A stretch of DNA of 64,000 nt from Octopus vulgaris (Eukaryota). The notes under the pieces were generated by a model. That model had not been told where the DNA came from and did no database searches. It was given only the letters and a program-made list of their open reading frames with translations. The translations under genes were made by a program, and so were the position numbers. Shown here piece by piece: positions 13,720-28,562 of the stretch. Numbering within the stretch: position 1 is the stretch's first letter; the number at the start of each line of letters is the position of its first letter. The DNA lies in NCBI GenBank assembly GCA_951406725.2, contig OX597836.1:62001-126000 (forward strand), written 5' to 3'.

Positions 13720-16700
13720 TATTGTTATGTTAATGTGTAACAAACAGCTCAACAATAAACCAATAAACATGTCCACTTACAAATCTGTTTCTTCTGCCCT
13801 AACTAATCCCTCTTCCAGTGATTGGAGATGATTGTCTCTCATTAAAGGACAAGCTATCTCTCTTCAGCTGTTAACAACCAGTACTTAACAAAATAGCAAA
13901 TGAGGGGTTCCTAAAAACAGTGGAGCAACCTTATTGAGTGGTTTATGGCAGCCCACACACAATTCCTCAACAAAAGCAAATACCTTCTCTTAGTTTATAT
14001 ATAGTTAGTGCGCATCTATTAAGTCACATCAATTTCATCACTTGCCCCCAGTTTTTCTACCTTAATCTTTCTCTTCGAGCAGTCATTGAAGTTGAAAGCT
14101 TGTTTTGAGAGGAAAAGCTCTGTCATCAAACCTAACCATGTAGACAATACATCTTTTTACCATCACCATCAGACAAGAAGACTAGCCACTCTTCTTTGCC
14201 AAAGAGAGGTGATAGTTTGCTCTTGATAAACTCAGCCGATAGCCAGGTATGTTCTGTGTACAGTCTTTCACCAGAAAGAAGAGAATTACATGCCCATCTC
14301 ACTCGAACATGGCTAATAGTGGGCTCCATCCTTCACAAGGTATTGGCCATTCAACAGAATGTGCAAATCTTTAATCATTATTTCTAAGCATTCATGCACC
14401 CTTCTAAAGCAATGTTGACCAGCATTGCTGCTTCTTTATAGTAAGTAGGGCAGATGGTTAGTGTATATGCTGTTACCTGAATTTGAATTTTTAATACTTA
14501 AATTTGCACACCATCAGTTAGGTTTCTATTTTTGCTCGTAAATAGTGTATGCTGTCTCTCAGACTTCACCTTTTATTGGCATGTAAATCACACATCCTGT
14601 TCCTTTTCGAAATATACACCTATAGCAGTAATATTGGCAGAGTCCCAAACACCAACCCAATATCTAGAAGCTGAACTTCAAATCATTGTGTTCATATTTC
14701 AGGGATGGATGACAGCAAGCTGCTAGCTATTCAGGTCTCTGATAAACACATTAAGAACTTGTTTTTTTTATCAGTATCTGGCCTGGTCATTGCAATGCAG
14801 CAGACTCAACAAGCACTTAACTCATTAGTAACTCATTAGTAACCCAGCTGTTGTAAACAATGGAAACATTTTGGAAATAAATAACATGTCAAAATGTCAT
14901 GAATGATTTTATCTTTTGTGCCTTTTCTTTGACAGGTCATTAGATATGAATAAATTGTTTGTCTGGTAACTGACCAGTGGCCATAACAAAGCTAAAGCCA
15001 ATTGCACCACTCCCTTTGGCTATGAAATTCAATGGTTTCTATGCTCCACTAACATGGCTGACACACATCTTGCATGGACACACACAAACTGATTCACTAG
15101 GTATATTTCTTTTCTGTATCATCATCACAATGACACTTTATTTCAGTAATGAATAGTTTTGTATTTGCACTTCACACAGACTTTTGTTGTTCTGTCAACC
15201 AACCAAATATGTTTTATTACACATTGTTCAAATCTTTGATCAGAAATCAGTTCAATGAGAACCAACTTGGATCTAAGTAACAAGTATACCAAAATATAAC
15301 AAAGCTAAGCACATATTAGACTGGGGTTAAAGCAACACATGTAGACTATCACATGATACCATGCTCCAAATGATAGATCAATGCATGATTGAGCCAAGTG
15401 TACAGTATGGTTTTTCAACTACCCAGGGATACACTGAGTCTCAAGTATTACATCTGGAGATCACACAGCAGTCTCACTGCTACACACCATGCTAAAGGTC
15501 TGCCAGACCAGACCTGAACTTGAGCTGAAGAAGGTTGATGAAAGTCAAAAATCCCCAAGGAAAATTTTAAAATATTTTCAATATAAGCCCCACCCTTTAC
15601 AAGACAGAATAAGGATTATGTCTTGAGGTATTATTAGCAAGTGATGTGAAATGGCTACAGCTAAGAATAAATATCACATAGATATGGTTCAGTGAGAACT
15701 CATTTCCTTGTTACTGAATCACTCTGGCCAACAGGTTGTGGGGGGAAGAGAGAAAAAGTGAAAGTCAGAAAACACAAGCAGATGCAAGTATTTATGAAAC
15801 TAGAAAATCATGATTGAAAATATTTACCTGGCACTTTCCTTCCATTCAATGGCTTCTCCTTCTCTGTGTAGAACATCCATTTCACAGAAAATATGGTGAG
15901 CTTGATGATCTTCATCATTGACATTGTGCATCAATTGCTGGATTACCTCAGAAACATTATCTTAAAGTAAGACAAGGGAAACAGAAAATTATAAGTGGGA
16001 TGGTGAATGATGAGTAAAGTATCCTGAACTGGAAACCTAGTTGAAATAATTGCAACAAAGTGTGCTTAGCAAAATATGCACTCAAGGGCCAGGTGGTAGT
16101 AGTATTAAACCAAGTAATGACAGGATTTGAACTCAGAACTGGAACAAATAGGGCAAAGTGCAAGGCATTCTATCTAAAATATTCATAATTCTACCAATCC
16201 ACAACCTTAGACCAGGCAGGATCAAGCTAGATCCCTGTAAAAATTAACACTTCCTTTTTCCGAGCTGAGATTCGAAACCGAATCTAAGGATCCTCACTTG
16301 TCTGACACACCACTGGCCAAACAGGCGTGAAAGACATTTTTTTATCTTGTCAAAATGTGATGGATGGATTTCGCTTCGACCTCCGATATGAGCTGTGTCA
16401 TTTAAAGTTCAAGTGGACAGGAGGCGAAATTACTCCTGTGGTATGTCTGTCCTTCTAGCTGGGAGGACCATAATAAATACAGTCAGACACATGACAGATA
16501 GCCATCAACTGGCAAACAGTTAAGAGATTGGAGACAACCAGCAAGAGGCAACCGGTCAACAGCCAGCAGTTAACTTGTACCAGTCAAACAGCCAACACAG
16601 AACCACATATTCAGCATGAACGACTCAACACAGTTGCAGTCGCAGGACATAAACAAACATGGGCAATAAACTGTGCTTGCACAGACCTGTTGAGGCAAGT

Positions 16701-17056
16701 GAAATTGTTGCCATGGCTGATGACAGAACCACTTGATGGCCACCCATGCCCATGGCACATAAAAAGCACCATTCGAGCATGTTCATTGCCAGTGCCGTCT
16801 GACTGGCTCCTGTGCTGGTGGCACATAAAAAACAACATTCAAGCGTAGTTGTTGCCAGTGCCACCTAGCTGACTCCTGTGCCGGTGGCACGTAAAAAGCA
16901 CCCACTACACTCTTGGAGTGGCTGGTGTTAGGAAGAGCATCCTGTTTTAGAAACCCTGCCAGATCAGATTGGAGCATGGTGCAGCATTCTCCCTCACCAG
17001 CCATCAGTCAAACAGTCCAACCCATGCCAGCATGGAAAGCAGACATTAAATTAAGA

Positions 17057-17124
<68 letters not shown>

Positions 17125-20108
17125 ACATATATATAAATATATCTATATAAATGTATGTGTGTTTTTTTCAGAGAAAATAAATAAACAAGTTGCCAGGGTT
17201 GCAAAGATTCATACAAGTAACAAGGATGTAGCAGCCTGTTTATAAAGGTAGAAACTCCAGATTTAGGTGAAAATGTTTTGTATAATATGGATAAATAAAT
17301 AAATGGAGTTAAACACAGGTGTTATTCAAATTCTTTTACTTCAAACATATGTTTTGAAGACAACATTGGTATTATTCCAGAAGGAGTAAAATGGTATAAA
17401 ACAATGCAATCTTCTGATCAGGGAAAGAAAAAAACCAAACATATCGATAAGACATTTTAACAGAATGTGATGATTGCGTATATGATGAAAGGAGTACTAT
17501 CAAGTTTTTTTTTTTAAACTGTTAGTAGATATAACATCAAAGAAAGAAATTAGTAGAAAACTAATAGTGGAGAGATATAGAGTGATAGGTGAATCAGAAT
17601 AAAGCTTAAAGGAATGGAAGTAGATATATTCAGTGGAAGAGCAATATAAGAAGACAGTCAAAGGTGGAATTTTATAGAATGGTAGAAATCACTTATAGGA
17701 ACTAAAGGTCTGTTTCTGTCAATATTTGCAATGATAAACATGTTCTATAAACGTGTTTACAAGAGGATTCTTTGAGAATAGGATAAAAAACATTCCACTA
17801 TTCCAAAGCGAGCAAAAAGATTTACCTTTTTCATAAGATAAAGAAATAAGAGAATATTCCATAGATACCAGATTAATTTACTAAGCTCAATATTGTTACG
17901 TTTATTGATCTGCCTAAACGTAGAGTAATGATTAAATATTCTTTTGGACAACTGAGATTGAGAAGTACTTATATAAAAAAAGGACATCAGAATCAGAAGT
18001 AATTTTACATTGATATATAGAGTTTCTAGCCTTGGAATTACTGCTAAGAAAATGAATATGATTGGAATTGACTTCAGAAATGATAACCCTGCTGTTATTA
18101 TTATTTAATGAATGGTTAGTGTTAACAAAATTTATATATATACACACATGCACATCCCTACCAACACATTGTCTGTTTCTCATCTTTCCTCGGTGCATTG
18201 TATGATTATTATTTCACTGCACCACATCCTGGTCTGCACTGCCAGTCATGAACTGCTCTCCTCAACTAATATATTTCGTTGACCACCCCTGCCCACAGGG
18301 CATCTCATCAGCAACCCTAACCCAGTTTCTGTAATCATCACTTTTTCTTTCTTCCTTGCTATTTAACATATTTATTGTCCTTCATCACTTGTTCATTATA
18401 TTCAGTTCTTCAACATCCATTTCCCTTCCCCCTGACCATTCCCCATTCACTCTATACATTATTGCATTCCCTCCTCATTCCCTCTCGTTCCTTACTGACT
18501 CACCTCTACCCACCACTTCCCTTTGGGTCCATCCTGAGACCTCATCACCACTATTTTATCTCTCTTTGCAGCTCTGCTCTTGTTATTCTTACCTTCTTTT
18601 CCATGTTATGAGTAATTATGTACTCCCTCTACAGCAAGAAACCTGTTCCAATCTGACCACTTCTTTCATGTTTCTCTGCAAGTAGAGATCCACCCAATCG
18701 CTCTGCTGTAACATCATCTAGTCAAATGTATCAGTCTTGCAAGCTGCATGGTAATGTCACAAGTGCTGGTGTCATGAACAAAGTACCCTGTACACTCTTA
18801 AGTGGTTGGCACTAGAAAAGGCATCGACCATAGAAAGAGGTACTGGAACATGATGCAGTCCTCAGACACATCAGATCCTGCCCAACCCAGGCCATTCCAA
18901 CATCTTAAATGTAACAAGAACCAAAAAAAAAAAAACAATATCTGTCTTTATTTGCCCAGACTGAGAAATCATCATCACACTTTGTGAGCATATGTTTGCT
19001 CAATCTGGCCAAACAATGGGCTAAACTACAACAATTCAAAATACAAGCCAAACCATGAATGGTTCTTCTTGTGGGCATCCAATCTGCAAGATTTCAAAAT
19101 ACAAGTGGGACATATTGGGTAAACTGATAAAAACCAGCATCTCACTAATATCAGAGATTTTTTCGCCTTCATCTCTCTATTGTTTCTAGCATGGTATAAG
19201 GCTTGAAAATATAATTGACAGAGTATAAAATCATCCTAATGATATTTTATGTGGCACTCTGTCTACCCACTTTCCAATTCAAACTCCCCCCCCCCATTAG
19301 AAACACCACTCTAAAGTATACTAAGGCTAGGATCACAGTCATTTTGAGGTTGAATAACAAAAGCATATAACAAAAAAGGAGCCGTTATGTAGGTGCTCAA
19401 CCTGTAATAAACAGCACCATAATACTCTATAAATCATATTACATCACCTTGGAAAAGAGAAGATGCATTATATAGGGTAGTCAAAGAAAAACAGGATAAA
19501 CATGGTGGCAAAGCTTTTCATCATAAATCAGCACTCATTAAGGAGAATTGAGTTGAATGACAATATGCAACAATCTCATATATTTATAGTGGTGTGTGTG
19601 TGTGTTTTGTAAGGCTAAAATCCTTACTCCAGAGAGAATGAGAATTATGGAGAAAAGGTTTATCATTTGACTTACCGCTCACTTTGTAAGGAGGATTTTC
19701 ACCCAGGTAAAGATCAGAATTAGAAACAGGTATACTATCTATAAATAGAAAATTAAATACTAAATGTAATAAGACAATGATTTTAATTATTACAAAAACA
19801 TAAAATACTGGCAGTAGGGAATTTACATGGTGCAAAGATGGACAGATGGGGAAGAAAATTATCAATAAAAATGAAGAGCAATAAGAATCACCAAAATGAG
19901 GCAGAAAAAGTAAGCCCTAATATAGATTAGCCAAAACCATCAGTTACCAGACCCACCTTAAATAACCTAATTTTGCTATATTAGGAGGTCACAGGAATTC
20001 CTTACCCCACCCTAAACATTCCCACCCCACTCACACATGCATCCATATTAATGCATATGTATGTATATACATATATGTATGTGTAAGTATATATATGTAT
20101 GTGTATGT

Positions 20109-20141
<33 letters not shown>

Positions 20142-22248
20142 TATGTATGTGTATATATATATTCATGTATGTGTGTATATATATATTCATGTATGTGTGT
20201 ATATATATATATTCATGTATGTGTGTATATATATACACATATATATTTATGTGTATGTATATATATATTTATGTATGTGTATGTCTATGTATATATATGT
20301 ATATATCATCATCATCATCGTTTAACGTTCGTTTTCCATGCTAGCATGGGTTGGACGGTCCGGCCGGGGTCTGGGAAGCCAGAAGGCTGCACCAGGGTCC
20401 AGTCTGATCTGGCAGTGTTTCTACAGCTGGATGCCTTTCCTAACGCCAACCACTCAGTGGGTGCTTTTTACGTGCCAAGCAAGACTGGCAACGGCCACAA
20501 TCAGTTGGTGCACGGAAGCCAGTCAAGGCGGCGCTGGCATCGGCCACATTCGGATGGTGCTTTTTACATGCCACAGGCACAGGGATCACGACTACAATTT
20601 GCATTGATTTTTGATGTTGATGTACTTGACTCAATAGGTCTCCTCAAGCACAGGGTCGAAACAGTGTTTCTTTACTTGCCACCTGCACAGGAGTCAGTCC
20701 AGTGGCACTGGCAAGTGCTGGGTGCCAGTCACAGGATTGGTTCAATTTCGATTCCGATTTCACTTGCCCCAACAGGTCTTCACAAGCAAAGTTTAGTGTC
20801 CAATGAAGGGAGGTTGGCATAGGTGGCAGTCGTCGGATGAGGTTCGTTTTCGAATTCAATTTCGACTTCACTTGCCTCATCAGGTCTTTGCGTGTCCAAG
20901 GAAGGAAAGGCATGCATAAGTGGGCTGGCTACATCCCTCGCAAAGGCCACGGGATGGACTCACTTGTCCTGCCTAGTCTTCTCACGCACAGCATATTTCC
21001 AAAGGTCTCGGTCTCTAGTCATTTCCTCGGTGAGACCTAAAGTTCGAAGGTCGTGCTTCACCACCTCGTCCCAGGTTTTCTTGGGTTTACCTCTTCCACG
21101 GGTTCCCTCAACCACTAGGGATTGGCACTTTTTCACACACCTATCTTCATCCATTCTCGCCATATGACCATACCAGCGCAATCATCTCCCTTGCACACCA
21201 CAGCTGATGCTTCTTAGATCCAACATTTCTCTCAAGGTACTTACAGTCTGTCGAGTATGTACACTGACATTACACATCCATCGGAGCATACTGGCTCCAT
21301 TCATCATGAGCTTACGCATGTCCTCAGCAGTCATGGCCCATGTTTTACTGCCATGTAGCATGGCTGTTCGCCTTTTACTCTGAGCGAGAAGCCTTTTGTC
21401 ACCAGCAGAGGTAAGAGCTCTCAGAACTTTGCCCAGGCGATTCTTACTATAGCAGTTACACTTTCAGCACACCCTAGCCGGCTACTGACTTGGTCACCTA
21501 GGTAACAGAAGCTATCAACTACTTCCAGTTTTTCTCCGTGGAAAGTGACAAAAGTTGTTTTCCCAGATGAACCTACCTCACGGGAGGAGGTGCAAATGAG
21601 AGTAGCTATATCAAACTCCATTCTTCACCAAGTGCCACATATTAGACGAGGTTCGTCGTAATAACAATGTAGCAAAAAGACGGCGGTGCATCAGCATGGC
21701 CACAGCTCTGAGCTGAAAAAATATATATATATATAAACATATACATATAAACGTATACATACATATATAAACGTATATATATATATATATATATATATAA
21801 ACGTATACATATATATATATAAACGTATACATATATATATATAAACGTATACATATATATATATAAACGTATACATATATATATAAATAAACGTATACAT
21901 ATATATATATAAATAAACGTATACATATATATATATAAATAAACGTATACATATATATATAAATAAACGTATACATATATATATAAATAAACGTATACAT
22001 ATACATATATATATATAAACGTATACATACATATATAAATATAAACGTATACATACATATATAAACGTATACATACATATATAAACGTATACATACATAT
22101 ATAAACGTATACATACATACATAAACGTATACATACATACATAAACGTATACATACATACATAAACGTATACATACATATATAAACGTATACATACATAT
22201 ATAAACGTATACATACATATATAAACGTATACATACATATATAAACGT

Positions 22249-22310
<62 letters not shown>

Positions 22311-22396
22311 TTTATAGAAGGAGCTTCTACAGGACTAGAACTGTTTCATTCAAAAGAAATCATCAGGAAGCTCTTATAACCCCGGTCAACCCGGGA

Positions 22397-22438
<42 letters not shown>

Positions 22439-22665
22439 CGTATATATATATATATATACGTATACATATATATATATATAAATAAACGTATACATATATA
22501 TATACGTATACGTATATATATATATACGTATACATATATATACGTATACATATATATATATACGTATACATATATATATACGTATACATATATATATATA
22601 CGTATATATATATATATACGTATACATATATATATATATACGTATACATATATATATATATACGT

Positions 22666-22708
<43 letters not shown>

Positions 22709-22715
22709 CGTATAC

Positions 22716-22746
<31 letters not shown>

Positions 22747-24602
22747 CGTATACATATATATATATATATACATAAACGTATACATATATATATATATACA
22801 TAAACGTATACATATATATATATATATATATAAGCGTATACATATATATACATAAACGTATACATATATATATATACATAAACGTATACATATATATATA
22901 TATATACATAAACGTATACATATATATATATATATACATAAACGTATACATATATATATATATATACATAAACGTATACATATACAATATATACATAAAC
23001 GTATACATATACATATATATACATAAACGTATACATATATATATATATACATAAACGTATACATATATATACATAAACGTATACATATATATATATACAT
23101 AAACGTATACATATATATATATACACATAAACGTATACATATATATACATAAACGTATACATATATATATATATACATAAACGTATACATATATATATAT
23201 ACATAAACGTATACATATATATATATACATAAACGTATACATATATATATATACATAAACGTATACATATATATATATACATAAACGTATACATATATAT
23301 ATACATAAACGTATACTATATATATATATAAACGTATATATATATATACATAAACGTATACATATATATATATATACATAAACGTATACATATATATATA
23401 CACTAGCAGTATCGCCCGGCGTTGCTCAGGTTTGTAAGGGAAATAACTATAAAGCATTTTTAGAGAGTTATAGCCAAAAAATAGCAAAAAAATGGAAAAA
23501 GATGATGGTAAATTTTTTTTGAGAGTAAAAAAAGGTGGAGTTGCTTCCCCTAGACAGTTTGCGGTTTGTGTTTCTAATTCTCGACCCCATGTCGAATTTA
23601 TCGATTTTTTTCAGAACTGGGGGAACTTTTCAAAATTTTCGCTGCGTTAGTTTTGAATTATGACATTGGGCTATGTGTGTGTCAAGTTTCATCAGAATCG
23701 GTTGAAAGCCGTGGTCAGGGTGAGGGTACAAGCAAACAGACACACAGAAACACGCACAGACAAACTGCCGTTTATATAGAGAGAGATAAACGTATACATA
23801 TATATATATACATAAACGTATACATATATATATACATAAACGTATACATATATATATATATACATAAACGTATACATATATATATATATACATAAACGTA
23901 TACATATATATATATATACATAAACGTATACATATATACATAAACGTATACATATATATATACATAAACGTATACATATATATATATATACATAAACGTA
24001 TACATATATATATATATACATAAACCTATACATATATATATACATAAACGTATACATATATATATACATAAACGTATACATATATATATACATAAACGTA
24101 TACATATATATATATATACATAAACGTATACATATATATATATATACATAAACGTATACATATATATATATATACATAAACGTATACATATATATATACA
24201 TAAACCTATACATATATATATACATAAACGTATACATATATATATACATAAACGTATACATATATATATATATACATAAACGTATACATATATATATATA
24301 TACATAAACGTATACATATATATATATACATAAACGTATACATATATATATATACATAAACGTATACATATATATATATATATATACATAAACGTATACA
24401 TAAACGTATACATATATATATATACATAAACGTATACATATATATATATACATAAACGTATACATATATATATATATATATATACATAAACGTATACATA
24501 TATATATATATACATAAACGTATACATATATATATATATATATACATAAACGTATACATATATATATATACATAAACGTATATATATATATATACATAAA
24601 CG

Positions 24603-24636
<34 letters not shown>

Positions 24637-24877
24637 CACAAATTCAGGGTGAGTACTTGATAATTGTAAGCACCTGTATATACCGTTTGGTGGTGTAGGT
24701 GGTGGACTAAATTAATCAAAATAAAAACATGATGCCAACGATTCAGCGGTACATATGTTTCAGGCCTTTAACACATTATGCATTGTTATAAATCCGTCTA
24801 ATAAAGGCCCGAAACATATGTACCGCTGAATCCTTGGCATCATGTTTTTATTTTGATTAATTTATATATAAATAAAC

Positions 24878-24915
<38 letters not shown>

Positions 24916-25247
24916 GTATACGTATATATATATATAAACGTATATATATATATATATATATAAACGTATATATATATATATATACGTATATATATATATA
25001 TATATATAAACGTATATATATATATATAAACGTATATATATATATATATAAACATATATAAACGTATATATATATATATATAAACGTATATATATATATA
25101 TAAACATATATATAAACGTATATATATATATATATAAACGTATATATATATATATATAAACGTATATATATATATATATAAACGTATATATATATATAAA
25201 CGTATATATATATATATATAAACGTATATATATATATATATATAAAC

Positions 25248-25333
<86 letters not shown>

Positions 25334-25377
25334 GTATATATATATATATATAAACGTATATATATATATATATAAAC

Positions 25378-25419
<42 letters not shown>

Positions 25420-27478
25420 GTATATATATATATATATATATATATAAACGTATATATATTGATTGATTGATTGATTGATTCTAGTTTCAGCTTATGAGCT
25501 GTGGCCATGCTGGGGCACCGCCATTTGGTGTTGCTACTTGGTTTCACTTCATGGAGGCTTTCTAGCAACTGCTATTTGGTGCATGAGAGAGTTCGATGCA
25601 GCTGCCCTCATCTGCCCCTCCTGCCGTGAAGTTGGTTCATCTGGGACACCTGACAGGAAGAGATCCAGCTTCATTTTAAAGACATCTGTATCCACCCCAT
25701 GCAGGTCTCTCAGGTTCTTCGGGAGGATATTGAAGAGCTGTGGGCCTCGGAAGCCCAGGCTATCACAGAATCTTGTCCTACATCTTGATGGCAGGTTTGG
25801 AATCCTCGGCACCACGCAGTGGCGCCCAGTTCTGGCATTTGTGTAACTCTCGATGCCAAAGTTCAGGACACTTCCCTCCAGGATCTTCCAGATGTATATT
25901 ATGGCATATCTTTCCCGCCTACGCTCCAGTGAATATAATTTTAATCTCTTGAGTCTTTCCCAGTAGCTTACATTCTGCATAGAGGCTATCTTCTTTGTGT
26001 AGCTTCGTTGGATCGCCTCAAGTTCTGTGATCAACTTGACACTGGATGGTGACCATAGCTGAGAGCAATAGTCAAAGTGGCTTCGGACAAGTGTCTTCCA
26101 GAAGACCATCATGGTTTCTTGTTCTCTTGTTCTAAAGGTTCTAAGAATCCATCCAGCCAGCCGTCTACATTTCATTGTCAGTTTAGCAACATGTACATGA
26201 AAGGTCGCGTCATCACTCATGTGAATACCCAGGTCACGCACTGATTGTGCCTCTGGGATTGCAATCCCTCCGGGTCCCCTGTATTCATTGGGTATTGCAT
26301 TCAGTTTTGCATGCTGATAGTATAAAGCTTGAAACTTTCCAGCATTGAACTGCATGCTATTCTTTTCAGCCCACTTGTATATTTCGTCCAGCTCACATTG
26401 CAGGTGTTTAGTGTCCTCAGGGTTCTGTATTTCCTGTGAAACTTTTGTATCATCTGCATAACTTGTGATCGTGGCTCTCTGCGTGGCTGAGGGCATGTCT
26501 GAGAGGGCCATTATGAACAGTAGTGGTCCCAGAACAGTGCCCTGCGGAACACCGCTCACTATTTGTGTGTTAATGGAGGTGGCCCCATTGGCTACTACCA
26601 CCTGACTTCTATCCTTCAGAAAGTCATGAAGCCATTCTCCCAGTTTTCCAACTATGTTGAGATCACGCAGTTTGTGACATATCATTCCATGATCGACTTT
26701 ATCAAAGGCCTTTGCAAAGTCGAGATATATCACTTCCACATTTGAGTGGTTGAACAGCCGTTTCAGCACCCAGTCATAGTGTTGTAGGAGCTGAGTTAAA
26801 CAGCTTCTCCCTGGTCGGAAACCATGTTGGGTGTCGGGCAACAAGTCATTTTCTTCAAGGAAGGTGATCAGCTTCCTTCGTGACTATTCGTTCCATGACC
26901 TTGCTGATGTGTGAGGTCAGAGAGATAGGTCTATAGTTCTTGGCTTCCGCTCTGCTACCTCCTTTATGAATGGGGCATATTTTACCTTCCTTCAGTTTTC
27001 CTGGAAGTTTGCCAGCTGCAAGGAAGCTCTGAAAGAGGAACTGCAGTGGTCTTGCTAGGACTCTCTTACATGCTTTTAGGAGGATTGCCGGGAATCCATC
27101 GGGGCCAGTAGCTGAGTCTGTTTTCATTTCATCTATAGCCTTGGTTACATCGTCTTCCTTTATATCGATGTAATCTATCGTCGCCGCCTCTGATTTTATA
27201 TCTGCAGTGGTAAAAAAGTCAGTTGGATTGGTGATTTGGAGATGCCCAAGGGGTGGAGTGAAAACACTCTTGAATTGCTCATTCAGTATTTCACTTACCC
27301 TCATTGGTTTTCCTGTAAGTGTGCCATCCTTTTCGAGGAGTGGCCCTATTCTACAGTGCACAGTAGCTGTTTCTTTGGCATACCTGTAGAAAGCTCTGGG
27401 GTTAGATTTTATGTTTTCTATAGCCCAGGCTTCTTTGTCTGCTCTTTCTTTTTCATGGGAGAGTTGCAGACATTTTTG

Positions 27479-27539
<61 letters not shown>

Positions 27540-27914
27540 GTATACATATGTACATATATAAACGTATACATATGTACATATATAAACGTATACATATGTA
27601 CATATATATATATATAAACGTATATATATATATATATATAAACGTATATATATATATATAAATGTATAATATATATATATATATATAAACGTATATATAT
27701 ATATATATATATAAACGTATATATATATATAAATGTATATATATATATATATATATATAAATGTATATATATATATATATATAAAATATATATATATATA
27801 AATGTATATATATATATATAAACGTATATATATATATAAATGTATATATATATATATATAAACGTATATATAAATATATATATAAACGTATATATATATA
27901 TATATAGTATATAT

Positions 27915-27947
<33 letters not shown>

Positions 27948-27954
27948 AACGTAT

Positions 27955-27991
<37 letters not shown>

Positions 27992-28226
27992 AACGTATAT
28001 ATATATATATATAAACGTATATATATATATATATAAACGTATATATATATATATATAAACGTATATATATATATATATACTGCACGCATTTTTTCTCTCC
28101 TTCTTTCTGTGTTTTTCTCTCTCTGTGTATATATATATATATAAAGACTTGTTTTATTTATATATATATATACAATTGTTCGTTTGTTTTCCACCTGCCT
28201 TCGTCTATATATATATATATATAAAC

Positions 28227-28262
<36 letters not shown>

Positions 28263-28482
28263 CAATTAGTAAATAAATGGCACAACTAAGTACCGATATT
28301 TACTGGAAATAGCGAACGTAAAAATACGACGCTAATGTGTAGCTTCACCGCGTATGTATTAGTAAAAATGCGTGTGTGCAACAAATTAGAGAAAAAAAAC
28401 ATATATATAAACGTATACATATATATAAACGTATACATATATACATATATAAACGTAAACGTATACATATATATATAAACGT

Positions 28483-28518
<36 letters not shown>

Positions 28519-28520
28519 GT

Positions 28521-28562
<42 letters not shown>

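Noticed and set aside
12000-14730. Coding-like stretches (for example ORF 14329-14132)
   Set aside because: No recognisable motif, frequent stops and no convincing splice pairs; possibly an old transposon
16258-16330. tRNA-like A/B boxes on the minus strand
   Set aside because: I could not fold a cloverleaf; at most a SINE head
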